A stretch of 64,000 nucleotides of DNA. Source: a virus (Duplodnaviria > Caudoviricetes). Below, one piece after another: positions 54,393 through 63,380 of the stretch. Below the pieces are notes generated by a model. The model was given only the letters and a program-made list of their open reading frames with translations. It was not told the origin of the DNA and did no database searches. The stretch is from the IMG/VR virus record IMGVR_UViG_3300011335_000826, positions 1-64,000 of that record. One strand, 5' to 3'. The position numbers and the translations under genes were made by a program. The stretch's first letter is position 1; each line of letters starts with the position of its first letter.

Positions 54393-54621
54393 AGTGGTGT
54401 TTGAGGGTGCCGGACCGGCTCAGGGCATGGAGATGGCGTGGGCATTACGGGATGCTGGATTGGTGCTAGACAAGGATTTTACTTGGTGCTACATTCCCAA
54501 GGCTGCGGATCCAGTTACCATAAACGAATGGTCACTGTTTGAAAAAAATGTAAGAAAAGTGATCATTGGATTCCAGGATCCTGCTATGGCAACCTTTTAT
54601 AGCCTAAAGTGGCAGAGGTAG
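54382..54621 (+). CDS. Small protein, FxL(R/K)W family
   Basis: ATFYSLKWQR. Confidence 0.6.
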   Translation: MWSEVVFEGAGPAQGMEMAWALRDAGLVLDKDFTWCYIPKAADPVTINEWSLFEKNVRKVIIGFQDPAMATFYSLKWQR

Positions 54622-54646
54622 CAGATAAGTGCATATATAAAGATAC

Positions 54647-54880
54647 ATGCAAGTTTTAGAAAATTATGTCATACGCGACAAGGAAAGTTTCAAACATTCA
54701 CATGAACTCAGAAAAAAAACAGGTATCCTGGATCATGTGATCGAGTGGTGCAAAGACGAACTGGTAGGTGATTGGCGATGGCAACTGGTAGAGATGAGCA
54801 GCCATCAACAACCAGGTAGATATATTTTTTATTTTGACAGTGAACGAGATTATTTCGCATTTTTATTGAAGTGGCAATAA
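54647..54880 (+). CDS. Small protein, FxL(R/K)W family
   Basis: IEWCKDE...YFAFLLKWQ. Confidence 0.65.
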   Translation: MQVLENYVIRDKESFKHSHELRKKTGILDHVIEWCKDELVGDWRWQLVEMSSHQQPGRYIFYFDSERDYFAFLLKWQ

Positions 54881-55176
54881 TGAGCACAGAACAAGACAAA
54901 TTCAAACACAGCAAGCGATTGCTCAAAGACGAGAACGCTATCAACAAACAACTGAAGATTGCCAAAGCACACGGCTCATCAGATGATAAGAATGTTAAAA
55001 ATCCACATCGACTGGCCAAGCAGCATGCCATGGATTGCGGTAATCCACAATGTTTGCTATGTTCGAGTGCAAAGGTTTTAGGGGAGCCAACTATAAAACA
55101 AAAGAGGTTTGATCAAAACATAGAAGAACCCAGAGATAAACGCAGCAACGGACTAACCAATCAAGAGGACCTATAA
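54880..55176 (+). CDS. Basic protein with CGNPQCLLC zinc motif
   Basis: TAATG overlap; HAMDCGNPQCLLC. Confidence 0.7.
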   Translation: MSTEQDKFKHSKRLLKDENAINKQLKIAKAHGSSDDKNVKNPHRLAKQHAMDCGNPQCLLCSSAKVLGEPTIKQKRFDQNIEEPRDKRSNGLTNQEDL

Positions 55177-55451
55177 TGAGTATCGAATCAGCAACCAACA
55201 TGTTTCTTTGTTTTATCATGCTGGGCTTTACTGGCATCACAACAGCAGCCACTATCATTGCTATCAACAACATGTTCGCACGGTGGTGGAAGCCAGTGCA
55301 GTGGTCAGTGTATACCTGGATCGATCACCACACTTCTAAAAATCCGGATTTCCAACATCCGGAGGATTCAACTTTGGTTGCAACCGCAGTTGACCCTCAC
55401 AAACCCTGGCCCGCACCTAGATTCACAAAATCAGTTGACGCAAAGGCCTAA
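55176..55451 (+). CDS. Small membrane protein
   Basis: N-terminal TM. Confidence 0.6.
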   Translation: MSIESATNMFLCFIMLGFTGITTAATIIAINNMFARWWKPVQWSVYTWIDHHTSKNPDFQHPEDSTLVATAVDPHKPWPAPRFTKSVDAKA

Positions 55452-55489
55452 TTCGTGCTATACTAACTATATGTTAGCAAGGAGATCCT

Positions 55490-55714
55490 ATGATCCGAAT
55501 TGAAAATCTTTCCGCAGAGCAGCACCAAATGCTGGACTTGATCTGGAGTTTTAACAGCCAGGACGAATACCTAGACTGGTATAGTGAACTGGACGAACCC
55601 GACCGCATGCAAGCCTTGGTGTTGATGCGACTCATGGCCTATGAGGTGTTGGAACATCGTGTGGGCGAGTTTCGTGATCAAGCCCGTGAACTGCTAGAAC
55701 AGTTCCGACTGTGA
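55490..55714 (+). CDS. Hypothetical protein
   Basis: AAGGAG SD; promoter-like TTGACG-18-TATACT at 55435-55464. Confidence 0.7.
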   Translation: MIRIENLSAEQHQMLDLIWSFNSQDEYLDWYSELDEPDRMQALVLMRLMAYEVLEHRVGEFRDQARELLEQFRL

Positions 55715-56061
55715 TGGACGAGGACGAAGAATCACGCCCGCGCACATTTTGCGTGATGTGGGATTGCAACGGTCTTGAGTCCATCGGAGAGATTGTTGAT
55801 CCTGCATTGAAAACCTGGGCCATACTAGCCAACAAGCCTGTGCCCCGAGAAGATTTCAATGTGTTGCACTGGCAAATGAGAGCACGAAACAATACACAAC
55901 GGTGTTATGAGATCTATGCTATTGGTGTGGATGGCAGTATCACTCAGGAAGATATCGCGGCCATGTTCAAGACAGATCCACAATACGCCGCGGATCTGAT
56001 CCGTACTCGGGGTGAGAAGATCTACAGTGATCGTAGAAGCCAGAAGGATGCTATCACATGA
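55714..56061 (+). CDS. Hypothetical protein
   Basis: MWDCNGLE motif. Confidence 0.7.
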   Translation: MDEDEESRPRTFCVMWDCNGLESIGEIVDPALKTWAILANKPVPREDFNVLHWQMRARNNTQRCYEIYAIGVDGSITQEDIAAMFKTDPQYAADLIRTRGEKIYSDRRSQKDAIT

Positions 56062-56594
56062 CCCCTGCTCAACTTCGTGATGGTATCTTTGCCTTAAACA
56101 CTCGTCGTTTTGGTACTGTGGCAGAGATCATGGTCAAACGACTCAAGAGCTTGGGCAAAAGCCAGAGCATGTTCCATGATCTATATGATACGGATACCAA
56201 ACAACGAGTAGAGGTCAAGTTCAGCAGAGTTGGACAGAACTTGGACAAGCTCACTGAAAACAACTTGTTGGAATGTATCTTGAAAGAGCAAGGAACAGAC
56301 CGTAGAATTGCTTTCAACAACTGGACTCGGCATCGTTTCCTGTGCAATATACAGCAGGTTAAACGGTCAGAATTTGAAGTGCTGTACTATGGCATGTTCT
56401 TTGATGATTTTGTTAAGATCTTTCGTATCACGCCGGATCAGATTGATTCTAGCATTGGATACGGAGATAAGCAGCACAAAGGCAATGTTGGTGAAGGACA
56501 GTTTCACATCACTGAAAAGACCTTGCAAATCCACTTGGATCGGTTTTACCATCATACCTTGACCTACCAGGACTTGCTGGCATTGTTGAGTTGA
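56058..56594 (+). CDS. PD-(D/E)XK restriction-endonuclease-like protein
   Basis: FGTVAE...FHDLYD...VEVKFSR; QHKGNVGEGQFH. Confidence 0.65.
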   Translation: MTPAQLRDGIFALNTRRFGTVAEIMVKRLKSLGKSQSMFHDLYDTDTKQRVEVKFSRVGQNLDKLTENNLLECILKEQGTDRRIAFNNWTRHRFLCNIQQVKRSEFEVLYYGMFFDDFVKIFRITPDQIDSSIGYGDKQHKGNVGEGQFHITEKTLQIHLDRFYHHTLTYQDLLALLS

Positions 56595-56619
56595 CAATTC
56601 ATGCAGATTCAGTTATAAT
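56591..56619 (+). promoter_or_regulatory. sigma70 promoter
   Basis: Consensus TTGACA-17-TATAAT. Confidence 0.85.
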
Positions 56620-56639
56620 AGAGTTTTGATTGGACAAAC

Positions 56640-57221
56640 ATGGCAAAATATTTAGAAAAAGAACTGTTGGCTACGCTGGATGAATATCGGCATAAGATTT
56701 TTTCTCTGCGCGAGGAGGCCTATCGGTTGACGGGTATTGATGTGTTAGACAATGATACCTTGAGCGCACTCAGCATCTACGAGATCGTCAGCAAGTACGA
56801 CAAAAATTACAATATCAATTTTGCTCGAAACGGTGAAGATGCCAAGAGCCTGACGGAAAATCTTGAACAGAAGATCGAGATGAAGGCCAGTCGTATTGAG
56901 CGCATGAAGCGTAGTGGACTTTATGGGCTGGCAGGATTTCAATTCCATGCCATGGGCGATCTTGAATACTATCGTTATATCTTTGTCACACGCGACAAAG
57001 TCACCCTCAAGTTGATCAAAATCTATGATATCTCTGCAGAAGAAAATTGTCTGCAGATACAAGCGCATCTGCTGGCTGAAAGAGAAGCATGGTTGGCCCG
57101 TGGTCGTGCTGATGAAACAAAAATGAAGCACGATCTTATCATTTTGCCAGAAGCACTGTTGAAGGTTCTTGAAGGTTCTACTACAAAAACAGTCAATGGA
57201 GTAGAAGTTGTAATGGCATGA
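56640..57221 (+). CDS. PvuII-like restriction endonuclease
   Basis: ARNGEDAKS...IEMKAS matches PvuII GREGNDAVD...YELKS; similar N-terminal helices. Confidence 0.6.
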   Translation: MAKYLEKELLATLDEYRHKIFSLREEAYRLTGIDVLDNDTLSALSIYEIVSKYDKNYNINFARNGEDAKSLTENLEQKIEMKASRIERMKRSGLYGLAGFQFHAMGDLEYYRYIFVTRDKVTLKLIKIYDISAEENCLQIQAHLLAEREAWLARGRADETKMKHDLIILPEALLKVLEGSTTKTVNGVEVVMA

Positions 57222-58462
57222 AATTTACACAACAAGATTTTTTAAAACTATTCAACTTACAAAAGAACATCTCGTTTGAAGACTTCTCTAAGAAGTTGGC
57301 AGTGCTCAACGGCAGCGACATTTCAGGTACTTTTGCCGTACGCAGTGATCTAGACACCTTCATCGCCCGGGTTGCAAAAAAAGACAATAGGGGTGCTCGT
57401 TTGGATGAATACAAGCGCAAACTCTATCGCATCATAGTGCAAGAGCCCGAGGTGGCATTGGCAGCTTGGTTCCACCGCACTGCCGCAGTTACAGAGGACT
57501 TGGATTTCTATTTCCAAATACCTGATGCCACTGTGCGGGTTGGCGATACCTTTGCAGGTCGCACATTAGCCAAGTACGGGCGTGTGTGCAAGAACATCAA
57601 CTTTGACAATTTCTTCAATACCAAGAAGCTGTATGCCAATGACTTTGAGTACACCTTTGGTATGTTGAAAGCCATGTTTGAAGATTGCAAACTTCGCAAC
57701 AGTTTGGTGGGCCCGGCATTCTTTGATCATATCTGCAAACTAGAAGATGACTACAATCAGTTCTGGGCAGACTTCATGATGGGATGCAACCGTGCCAGCA
57801 TTTTTAATCCTGTGACCTATCGCGGGATCATGGAAGAACTATTCACAGGCGACACCATCTTTGCTCCGTGTATGGGGTGGAATGCGTATCAGTTGGGATT
57901 CTACAACAGCAACTGGAAGAAGTTTATCTCCACAGATGTGATTCCGGGTGTGGTGGACAATGGCAAAAAGTTACATGCGGAATGGCAGGCATACAAGGAT
58001 CGAAGCTTGTTTGAGATCGAAGACAAGACCGTTGATCTTTATCTATGCCCAAGCGAACTGCTAGATCAACGACATAATTTTGTGAACAAGTATCGAGATC
58101 AAGTTGATGCGGTATTGTTTAGCCCTCCTTATTATGATTTGGAAATCTATCCAGGTGCAGAACAAAGCTTCACTAATTATCCTGAATATGCAGATTGGCT
58201 TGAAAACTATTGGGAGGTCACTGTTAAAACGGCCAAGGCTGTTCTTCGCCCAGGAGGTAAATTTGCGTTCGTTATCAGCAACTATCGCAACAAAGCAAAA
58301 CAAGAAGTCACAATAAGTGAAGACATGCGAGATGTTGTTGAAAAGCATTTGGGTGAACCAACACATTACAAAGTTCAATGGAGTGCTATCGCTGGCGGTA
58401 GACAAGCTAAAAAGATGAAGGATGGAAATTTCGAAGACCTTTGGGTGTTTGAAAAGAAATAA
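57218..58462 (+). CDS. DNA amino-methyltransferase (N4-C/N6-A)
   Basis: FAPCMGW (motif I variant), ISTD, FSPPYY (motif IV), VLRPGG. Confidence 0.85.
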   Translation: MKFTQQDFLKLFNLQKNISFEDFSKKLAVLNGSDISGTFAVRSDLDTFIARVAKKDNRGARLDEYKRKLYRIIVQEPEVALAAWFHRTAAVTEDLDFYFQIPDATVRVGDTFAGRTLAKYGRVCKNINFDNFFNTKKLYANDFEYTFGMLKAMFEDCKLRNSLVGPAFFDHICKLEDDYNQFWADFMMGCNRASIFNPVTYRGIMEELFTGDTIFAPCMGWNAYQLGFYNSNWKKFISTDVIPGVVDNGKKLHAEWQAYKDRSLFEIEDKTVDLYLCPSELLDQRHNFVNKYRDQVDAVLFSPPYYDLEIYPGAEQSFTNYPEYADWLENYWEVTVKTAKAVLRPGGKFAFVISNYRNKAKQEVTISEDMRDVVEKHLGEPTHYKVQWSAIAGGRQAKKMKDGNFEDLWVFEKK

Positions 58463-58463
58463 T

Positions 58464-58889
58464 ATGTTTTATTTTGCATACGGAATGAATACCAATCGAA
58501 CCAGTATGACCTGGAGATGCCCTGGCGCAGTCCCGTTTGGTCACGCTCGATTATTGGATCATGAGTTTAGATTCAGCCACCATGCCGATGTTGTGGTCAG
58601 CCCAGGAGAAAGTGTGGATGGAGTATTATGGTTGATCGATGAAGACCATCTGGCGGATTTGGATACGCTAGAAGGTTATCCCTCATATTATGATCGTAGT
58701 ATATTACCAGTTGAATATCAAGGTAATATTATCATGGCGGAATGTTATAGGATGCAACCAGATAATATAGACAGTCGTCCTAGTAAAGGATATTTAGATA
58801 TGATATTCGAGGGTTATCAAACATATAATATCCCTAACGATCAAATATGGAATGCGCTGGGCAGGATTCCAACTCTGCTTGCAAACTAA
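58464..58889 (+). CDS. Gamma-glutamylcyclotransferase (GGCT/AIG2-like)
   Basis: YFAYGMN...VDGVLW...LDTLEG..YDR. Confidence 0.88.
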   Translation: MFYFAYGMNTNRTSMTWRCPGAVPFGHARLLDHEFRFSHHADVVVSPGESVDGVLWLIDEDHLADLDTLEGYPSYYDRSILPVEYQGNIIMAECYRMQPDNIDSRPSKGYLDMIFEGYQTYNIPNDQIWNALGRIPTLLAN

Positions 58890-58910
58890 ATGTTGCAAAA
58901 AAGCCACAGA

Positions 58911-58967
58911 AAATCGCAACTTTCTTTGTAGAAATCGGTAGACCAGTATTGCTCGAAATGCTATAAT
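58911..58967 (+). promoter_or_regulatory. Early sigma70 promoter with AAATCGCAAC box
   Basis: AAATCGCAAC-18-TAGACC-17-TATAAT; near-copy of 15158 and 46143. Confidence 0.85.
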
Positions 58968-58997
58968 ACACACATGAACAGCAAAAAGGAGTCTACT

Positions 58998-59273
58998 ATG
59001 TATTACATCATCGTTCGTGCTACTGGACTTATCGCAACTGATGGTCCTAACAAGGCCCGTTCCTACAAGACCCGTGGTGCTGCTCAAGCCACCCGCACTC
59101 GTCTGTGCCGCAAAGCAGGTTGGAGTGCTGGCGAACTCAGCATTGTTGACATCAAAGATTACAAACCACGCATGGTCACCCGCAAGAACCTCATGAGCGG
59201 TGCAGAGTTCCAAGAGGATGTGAACACACCTTACTTCTGCTCGCCCTCTTCTGAAACTTACTGGAGCATGTGA
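58998..59273 (+). CDS. Hypothetical early protein
   Basis: AAGGAG SD; C-term NLMSG.EFQE..NTPYFCSPSSETYWSM. Confidence 0.75.
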   Translation: MYYIIVRATGLIATDGPNKARSYKTRGAAQATRTRLCRKAGWSAGELSIVDIKDYKPRMVTRKNLMSGAEFQEDVNTPYFCSPSSETYWSM

Positions 59274-59277
59274 GATC

Positions 59278-59601
59278 ATGCAAAACAAAGATCTAGAAAC
59301 ACAAGGTGCGAACCTAAAATGGTTCGCGGCACGAGATGCTCGCATGCGTAGCTATGCCCAGAGCACAACTTACAGTGAGCAGGCCAAACTGCGAGCAGAG
59401 CGTATGCGTGGCGCTCTTGAACTGTGCTATGCACACAAAGAGGTGCATATAAACTATCGTCAGCGTTTCATCGCTATCAAGATAGATGGTGCCGAGGTGC
59501 GGCGTAAAAAAGATCTTGCCTTGCTGGAAGCAGATTGGGCCAAGGAAGGTATCATCAAACGCACATCAGCCCAAGGTGTGATCTATCGCATTCCGCGATA
59601 A
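59278..59601 (+). CDS. Hypothetical protein
   Basis: ORF in early operon. Confidence 0.7.
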   Translation: MQNKDLETQGANLKWFAARDARMRSYAQSTTYSEQAKLRAERMRGALELCYAHKEVHINYRQRFIAIKIDGAEVRRKKDLALLEADWAKEGIIKRTSAQGVIYRIPR

Positions 59602-59610
59602 GGAGAAAGT

Positions 59611-59739
59611 ATGACCAAGTTCATCGTTGGTTTCGTGTTAGGCATAGTAGTCAGCACCATTGGCTTCACGGGATTGGCTCGTGTGGCAGATCGTGGTGTT
59701 GAATCAATCAAACAATCTTCACAAGAGGTAGCAAAATGA
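59611..59739 (+). CDS. Small membrane peptide (42 aa)
   Basis: AAGGAG SD; MTKFIVGFVLGIVVSTIGF. Confidence 0.65.
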   Translation: MTKFIVGFVLGIVVSTIGFTGLARVADRGVESIKQSSQEVAK

Positions 59740-59993
59740 AAAAAGACAAAAAATCCAAAACGGCCCAAGTGCCAAAAACCGTGGATCGTTTCGATCTGGA
59801 ATCTCAGATCATGGCCTGTTGGGGCATGGTAGACGATCTCCGAGCATTCGCCAACTCCGGTGCCGACACCGATGAGCTGCGAGCCCTGTCCAAAGTATAC
59901 GACCGTAAATTCGACATCCTGTTCGAGACCTTCTCGACCATGATCTCGGAAGGTCAGTTTGTTGAACACATTCGGCAAACTCCCCAAATCTAA
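59736..59993 (+). CDS. Hypothetical protein
   Basis: DRFDLESQIMACW. Confidence 0.7.
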   Translation: MKKDKKSKTAQVPKTVDRFDLESQIMACWGMVDDLRAFANSGADTDELRALSKVYDRKFDILFETFSTMISEGQFVEHIRQTPQI

Positions 59994-60090
59994 ATTAACA
60001 AAGAGGTTGACACCAACCAACCTTTATGTTATACTTAGGTCAGCTGTGCGGAACAGCAATTTAAATCAACTTAAAAAAGGCAACTTTATC

Positions 60091-60429
60091 ATGGCAACAG
60101 AAAAAACTTTTACCGTAGCAGGTACCGCAACTAACGCAGATGGCACCGTCAAGGTCCGTTTTGCAAACGACTTGGTGGCTCGCATCAAGATTCTTAACAA
60201 AAACAACTGCACCAATATCAACTTGGTTGAACTGCCTCGGGCAATGACCAAGATGGAGGCTCTGCAACATCTGCAGACCCTGGGCATCACTGCTGGTGAT
60301 GCTGGCTTTGCAGTAGCCAACAAGCTGGCCGAAAAAGCCAAGGTCGCTAAGAAAGGCGAAGTCAAGATCAAGGCCACCAAGGTGGTCACTGAATCCAAGA
60401 CTCCCGTGACTCAGGAAGCAACAGCCTAA
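60091..60429 (+). CDS. KVRFAN-family protein with Lys-rich tail (paralog of 16029)
   Basis: Promoter TTGACA-17-TATACT at 60007-60035; shared motif. Confidence 0.75.
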   Translation: MATEKTFTVAGTATNADGTVKVRFANDLVARIKILNKNNCTNINLVELPRAMTKMEALQHLQTLGITAGDAGFAVANKLAEKAKVAKKGEVKIKATKVVTESKTPVTQEATA

Positions 60430-60454
60430 TCATCAGGCACTGATTCCGCACGCC

Positions 60455-60480
60455 AAAGGCCCGCAAGGGCCTTTTCTTTT
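60455..60480 (+). terminator. Rho-independent terminator
   Basis: AAAGGCCC-GCAA-GGGCCTTTTCTTTT. Confidence 0.85.
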
Positions 60481-60519
60481 GGCTAAATATTCTGTGGGCA
60501 TGTTGCCCATGTCAACTCT

Positions 60520-60735
60520 GTGCAATACATAATATTATACCGCGGGGAACTACCAGATGCAAAGTTTAAAGGTTGGATCCGATCGAATCCCACAGCAGCC
60601 GCTCGCATCATAGAAAACCGTTTACATCTGCCCGACTATCGAGCGTTGGGCCTGTTTCAACTTTCATGGGCAGGCGACTGGAACCTCACCACCATATGGG
60701 ACTCATGGGAGCGTCGCCATATCTTCATAGAATAA
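60520..60735 (+). CDS. Hypothetical protein
   Basis: GTG start; late-type CTAAATA upstream; start uncertain. Confidence 0.4.
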   Translation: MQYIILYRGELPDAKFKGWIRSNPTAAARIIENRLHLPDYRALGLFQLSWAGDWNLTTIWDSWERRHIFIE

Positions 60736-60806
60736 TTTGACATTGTGTCGCTAGGTGTATATACTAGCACATGAGCACGGTGCTCATCAACACAAGGAAA
60801 AACAAA

Positions 60807-60992
60807 ATGACCAATCACGAACAAATCGTAGCTGCTTACGAAACATATATTTCTGAAAACGAGAAATTCACTGCCAAGGGTGTAAAAGCTTCAGCAGCTC
60901 GTGCTAGAAAAGCTCTACAGGAGATGAGCAAAGGCATCAAAGAACGCCGCAAAGAGATCACCGCAGAAAAAGAAGCATTAGCGGCAAAATGA
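60807..60992 (+). CDS. Histone H1-like (Hc1-family) nucleoid protein
   Basis: KGVKASAARARKALQEMSKGIKERRKEI; promoter TTGACA-17-TATACT at 60737-60765. Confidence 0.75.
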   Translation: MTNHEQIVAAYETYISENEKFTAKGVKASAARARKALQEMSKGIKERRKEITAEKEALAAK

Positions 60993-61555
60993 TCGATCCG
61001 GTGACTTTTGCTCCTCTTACATCGGAAGAGGTCAAGGTGGAGGACATGAAAAGCCGCATGCGAGGTCTTGCGTCGGCAGTGAAGAATCTCCAAGAGTATG
61101 ATGAGTGGAACATGACCAGCAGGGAGTCTAGTGTGCCTTGGGGCCAACTCACTGCTGCCCAAAGTGCCACAGGTGGGATACATCAGGTAGGTCATATCGG
61201 CCTAAGCCCGAATGTGTATACCACCAACTCTCCTTATCAAAATCTGAACACCATCACCGGCACTAGCATGAACAGCTTGATCGGCGGCAACGACTATAAC
61301 ATGAAGGTTGAACAATCCGGGCAGATTGATATCCGAGGCGAAAAGGCCGACATCCGTATCAACGGCAAGAGCATGAACAAGTGGATGGAACAGGTGGAAC
61401 AACGACTGAACATCCTGTCTCCCAATCCTGAACTGGAAAAGGAATGGGACGATCTGCGCCGCCTGGGCGAACGCTATAGAAAACTGGAGAAGAAATGTCA
61501 AGAGAAAGCACAGATGTGGGCAGCATTGAAGAAGTTGCCCAAAGTAAAACCATGA
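60989..61555 (+). CDS. Conserved hypothetical with C-terminal coiled coil
   Basis: ADIRINGKS...RLNIL.PNPELEKEW. Confidence 0.7.
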   Translation: MIDPVTFAPLTSEEVKVEDMKSRMRGLASAVKNLQEYDEWNMTSRESSVPWGQLTAAQSATGGIHQVGHIGLSPNVYTTNSPYQNLNTITGTSMNSLIGGNDYNMKVEQSGQIDIRGEKADIRINGKSMNKWMEQVEQRLNILSPNPELEKEWDDLRRLGERYRKLEKKCQEKAQMWAALKKLPKVKP

Positions 61556-62349
61556 CACCTAAACAACGCATCACTACCATTGTGAAGTGGATCAAGTCCT
61601 ATGCCCGCAGTGCCAAAATCCGCACTTTGGTAGTGGGAATCTCAGGCGGCATTGATAGTTCGGTGGTGAGTGCTTTGTGTGCTAGAACTGGATTGAAAAC
61701 CATCGTAGTGCAGATGCCCATCCGTCAAAACAAAACTCTGGACAATCGCAGTTCCATGCAGGCAGGTTGGTTACTGGAACGCCATCCAGACACAGTCACA
61801 CACATGAGCATGGATTTGACTCCTGTATTTGCCGCGTTTGAAAAGAAAGTAGATCCTTACTGCGGCATCGAAGATGATACCTACGGAACATACCAGTTAG
61901 CCAGTGCCAACAGTCGTGCTAGATTGCGTATGATGACCTTGTATCAGATTGCACAATGCAACCGTGGTCTTGTGGTAGGCACAGGCAACCGGGTGGAAGA
62001 CTTTGGTGTGGGCTTCTTTACCAAGTATGGTGATGGCGGTGTGGACATCAGTCCTATTGGTGACTGTATGAAAACTGATGTGTGGGATATGGGTCGCGAA
62101 ATGGGGTTGCCACAAGAGATCATTGATGCTGCTCCCACTGATGGATTGTGGACCGATGGCCGCACTGATGAAGATCAGTTGGGCATGACCTATCCCGAAC
62201 TGGAACTGGCCATGGACCAGGACGAGAATTCGGATCTTTGGGATCCGACCTCTCCGCAGGAAAAGAAAAATCTTCGCCGATACCGTGAGATCCGCGCAAC
62301 AAATCTGCATAAGATGTTGCCGATCCCGGTTTGCAAATTCGACTGGTGA
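61552..62349 (+). CDS. nadE: NH3-dependent NAD+ synthetase
   Basis: GISGGIDS, NSRARLRM, GTGN, FTKYGDG, APTDGL. Confidence 0.96.
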   Translation: MTPKQRITTIVKWIKSYARSAKIRTLVVGISGGIDSSVVSALCARTGLKTIVVQMPIRQNKTLDNRSSMQAGWLLERHPDTVTHMSMDLTPVFAAFEKKVDPYCGIEDDTYGTYQLASANSRARLRMMTLYQIAQCNRGLVVGTGNRVEDFGVGFFTKYGDGGVDISPIGDCMKTDVWDMGREMGLPQEIIDAAPTDGLWTDGRTDEDQLGMTYPELELAMDQDENSDLWDPTSPQEKKNLRRYREIRATNLHKMLPIPVCKFDW

Positions 62350-62438
62350 GTGTATAATACACATTGGATCGACCAAAACGATACTGTTTTGATTCGATAT
62401 TCCGGGTGATTTTGCCCATTTCAGTAAGTAAAACTACC

Positions 62439-63011
62439 ATGAAAGCAAATCAACTATCCTCTCTGGCACAACGCTACGGTTCATATCTGTTCAAGGCCCT
62501 TGGCCTGTTTGCAGTGATCTATGTGGTATGTGCTGTAACTTCTGCCCGATTCGAAACACTTCGTGAACAATCGGTTGGCCTACCTGAAGGCTACATCAGT
62601 GCTGCTCAACGCACTAAAGAACTGGATTGCCTTACACGCAATATCTACTGGGAAGCTGCAAACGAACCATTCGAAGGCAAAGTGGGCGTGGCACAGGTCA
62701 CCATGAATCGCATGGAGTCTGGCAAGTTCGCTAGTTCTGTATGTGCAGTGGTGTATCAGAAAAATGTGTTCTACGAAAAAGTAGTATGCCAGTTCAGTTG
62801 GTTCTGTGAATCAGGACACACTGCCAAGACCATCCACAAGCCGCTGTGGAACGAAAGTGAAGAAGTGGCCAAGAAAGTGCTGTTGGAAGGATTCCGCTTG
62901 CCGGGATTGAAGAACGCACTTTACTACCATGCGGATTATGTAAATCCGGGTTGGAAAAAGCCCAAGTTAGAGAAAATCGGACATCACATATTTTATGGAG
63001 AAAACACATGA
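62439..63011 (+). CDS. SleB-like cell wall hydrolase (Hydrolase_2) with N-terminal membrane anchor
   Basis: CLTRNIYWEAANE..GK.GVAQVTMNR; CQFSW; ALYYHA; IGHHIFY; TAAGTA upstream. Confidence 0.92.
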   Translation: MKANQLSSLAQRYGSYLFKALGLFAVIYVVCAVTSARFETLREQSVGLPEGYISAAQRTKELDCLTRNIYWEAANEPFEGKVGVAQVTMNRMESGKFASSVCAVVYQKNVFYEKVVCQFSWFCESGHTAKTIHKPLWNESEEVAKKVLLEGFRLPGLKNALYYHADYVNPGWKKPKLEKIGHHIFYGENT

Positions 63012-63322
63012 CCTTTGAACCGCAAACCTGGCCAAAATCTGTACTCATTTGGCTGCAGGAACACCTGCCCAGACTCAGTGCAGAAACCCTGCAATGGATG
63101 GCCGCTCTGGTTCTACATGCTGCTACAGTTCCAACTTTGCTTGCCCTGATGACTGGACTGAGTGATCGCACACCCAGTTTGGATATTGTGCTGTTCATGT
63201 GGGCTGGATTGGTGTTGCTGTTCATGCGGGCGGTGGTGCTCAAGGACATGTTGAACATCGTCACAGTGGGCACTGGATTCATTGTGCAAGCGGTGCTGAT
63301 GGCCTTGATCCTGTTCAAATAG
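63008..63322 (+). CDS. 3-TM membrane protein, SemiSWEET/PQ-loop-like
   Basis: TM1 ends in Pro; PSL; TM2; KD; TM3. Confidence 0.55.
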   Translation: MTFEPQTWPKSVLIWLQEHLPRLSAETLQWMAALVLHAATVPTLLALMTGLSDRTPSLDIVLFMWAGLVLLFMRAVVLKDMLNIVTVGTGFIVQAVLMALILFK

Positions 63323-63325
63323 TCG

Positions 63326-63354
63326 TTGACCAGTATTTCGGGCTGTGCTATAAT
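63326..63354 (+). promoter_or_regulatory. Early sigma70 promoter
   Basis: TTGACC-17-TATAAT. Confidence 0.8.
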
Positions 63355-63380
63355 AAGCACATGATTACCTGGAGATGTCT

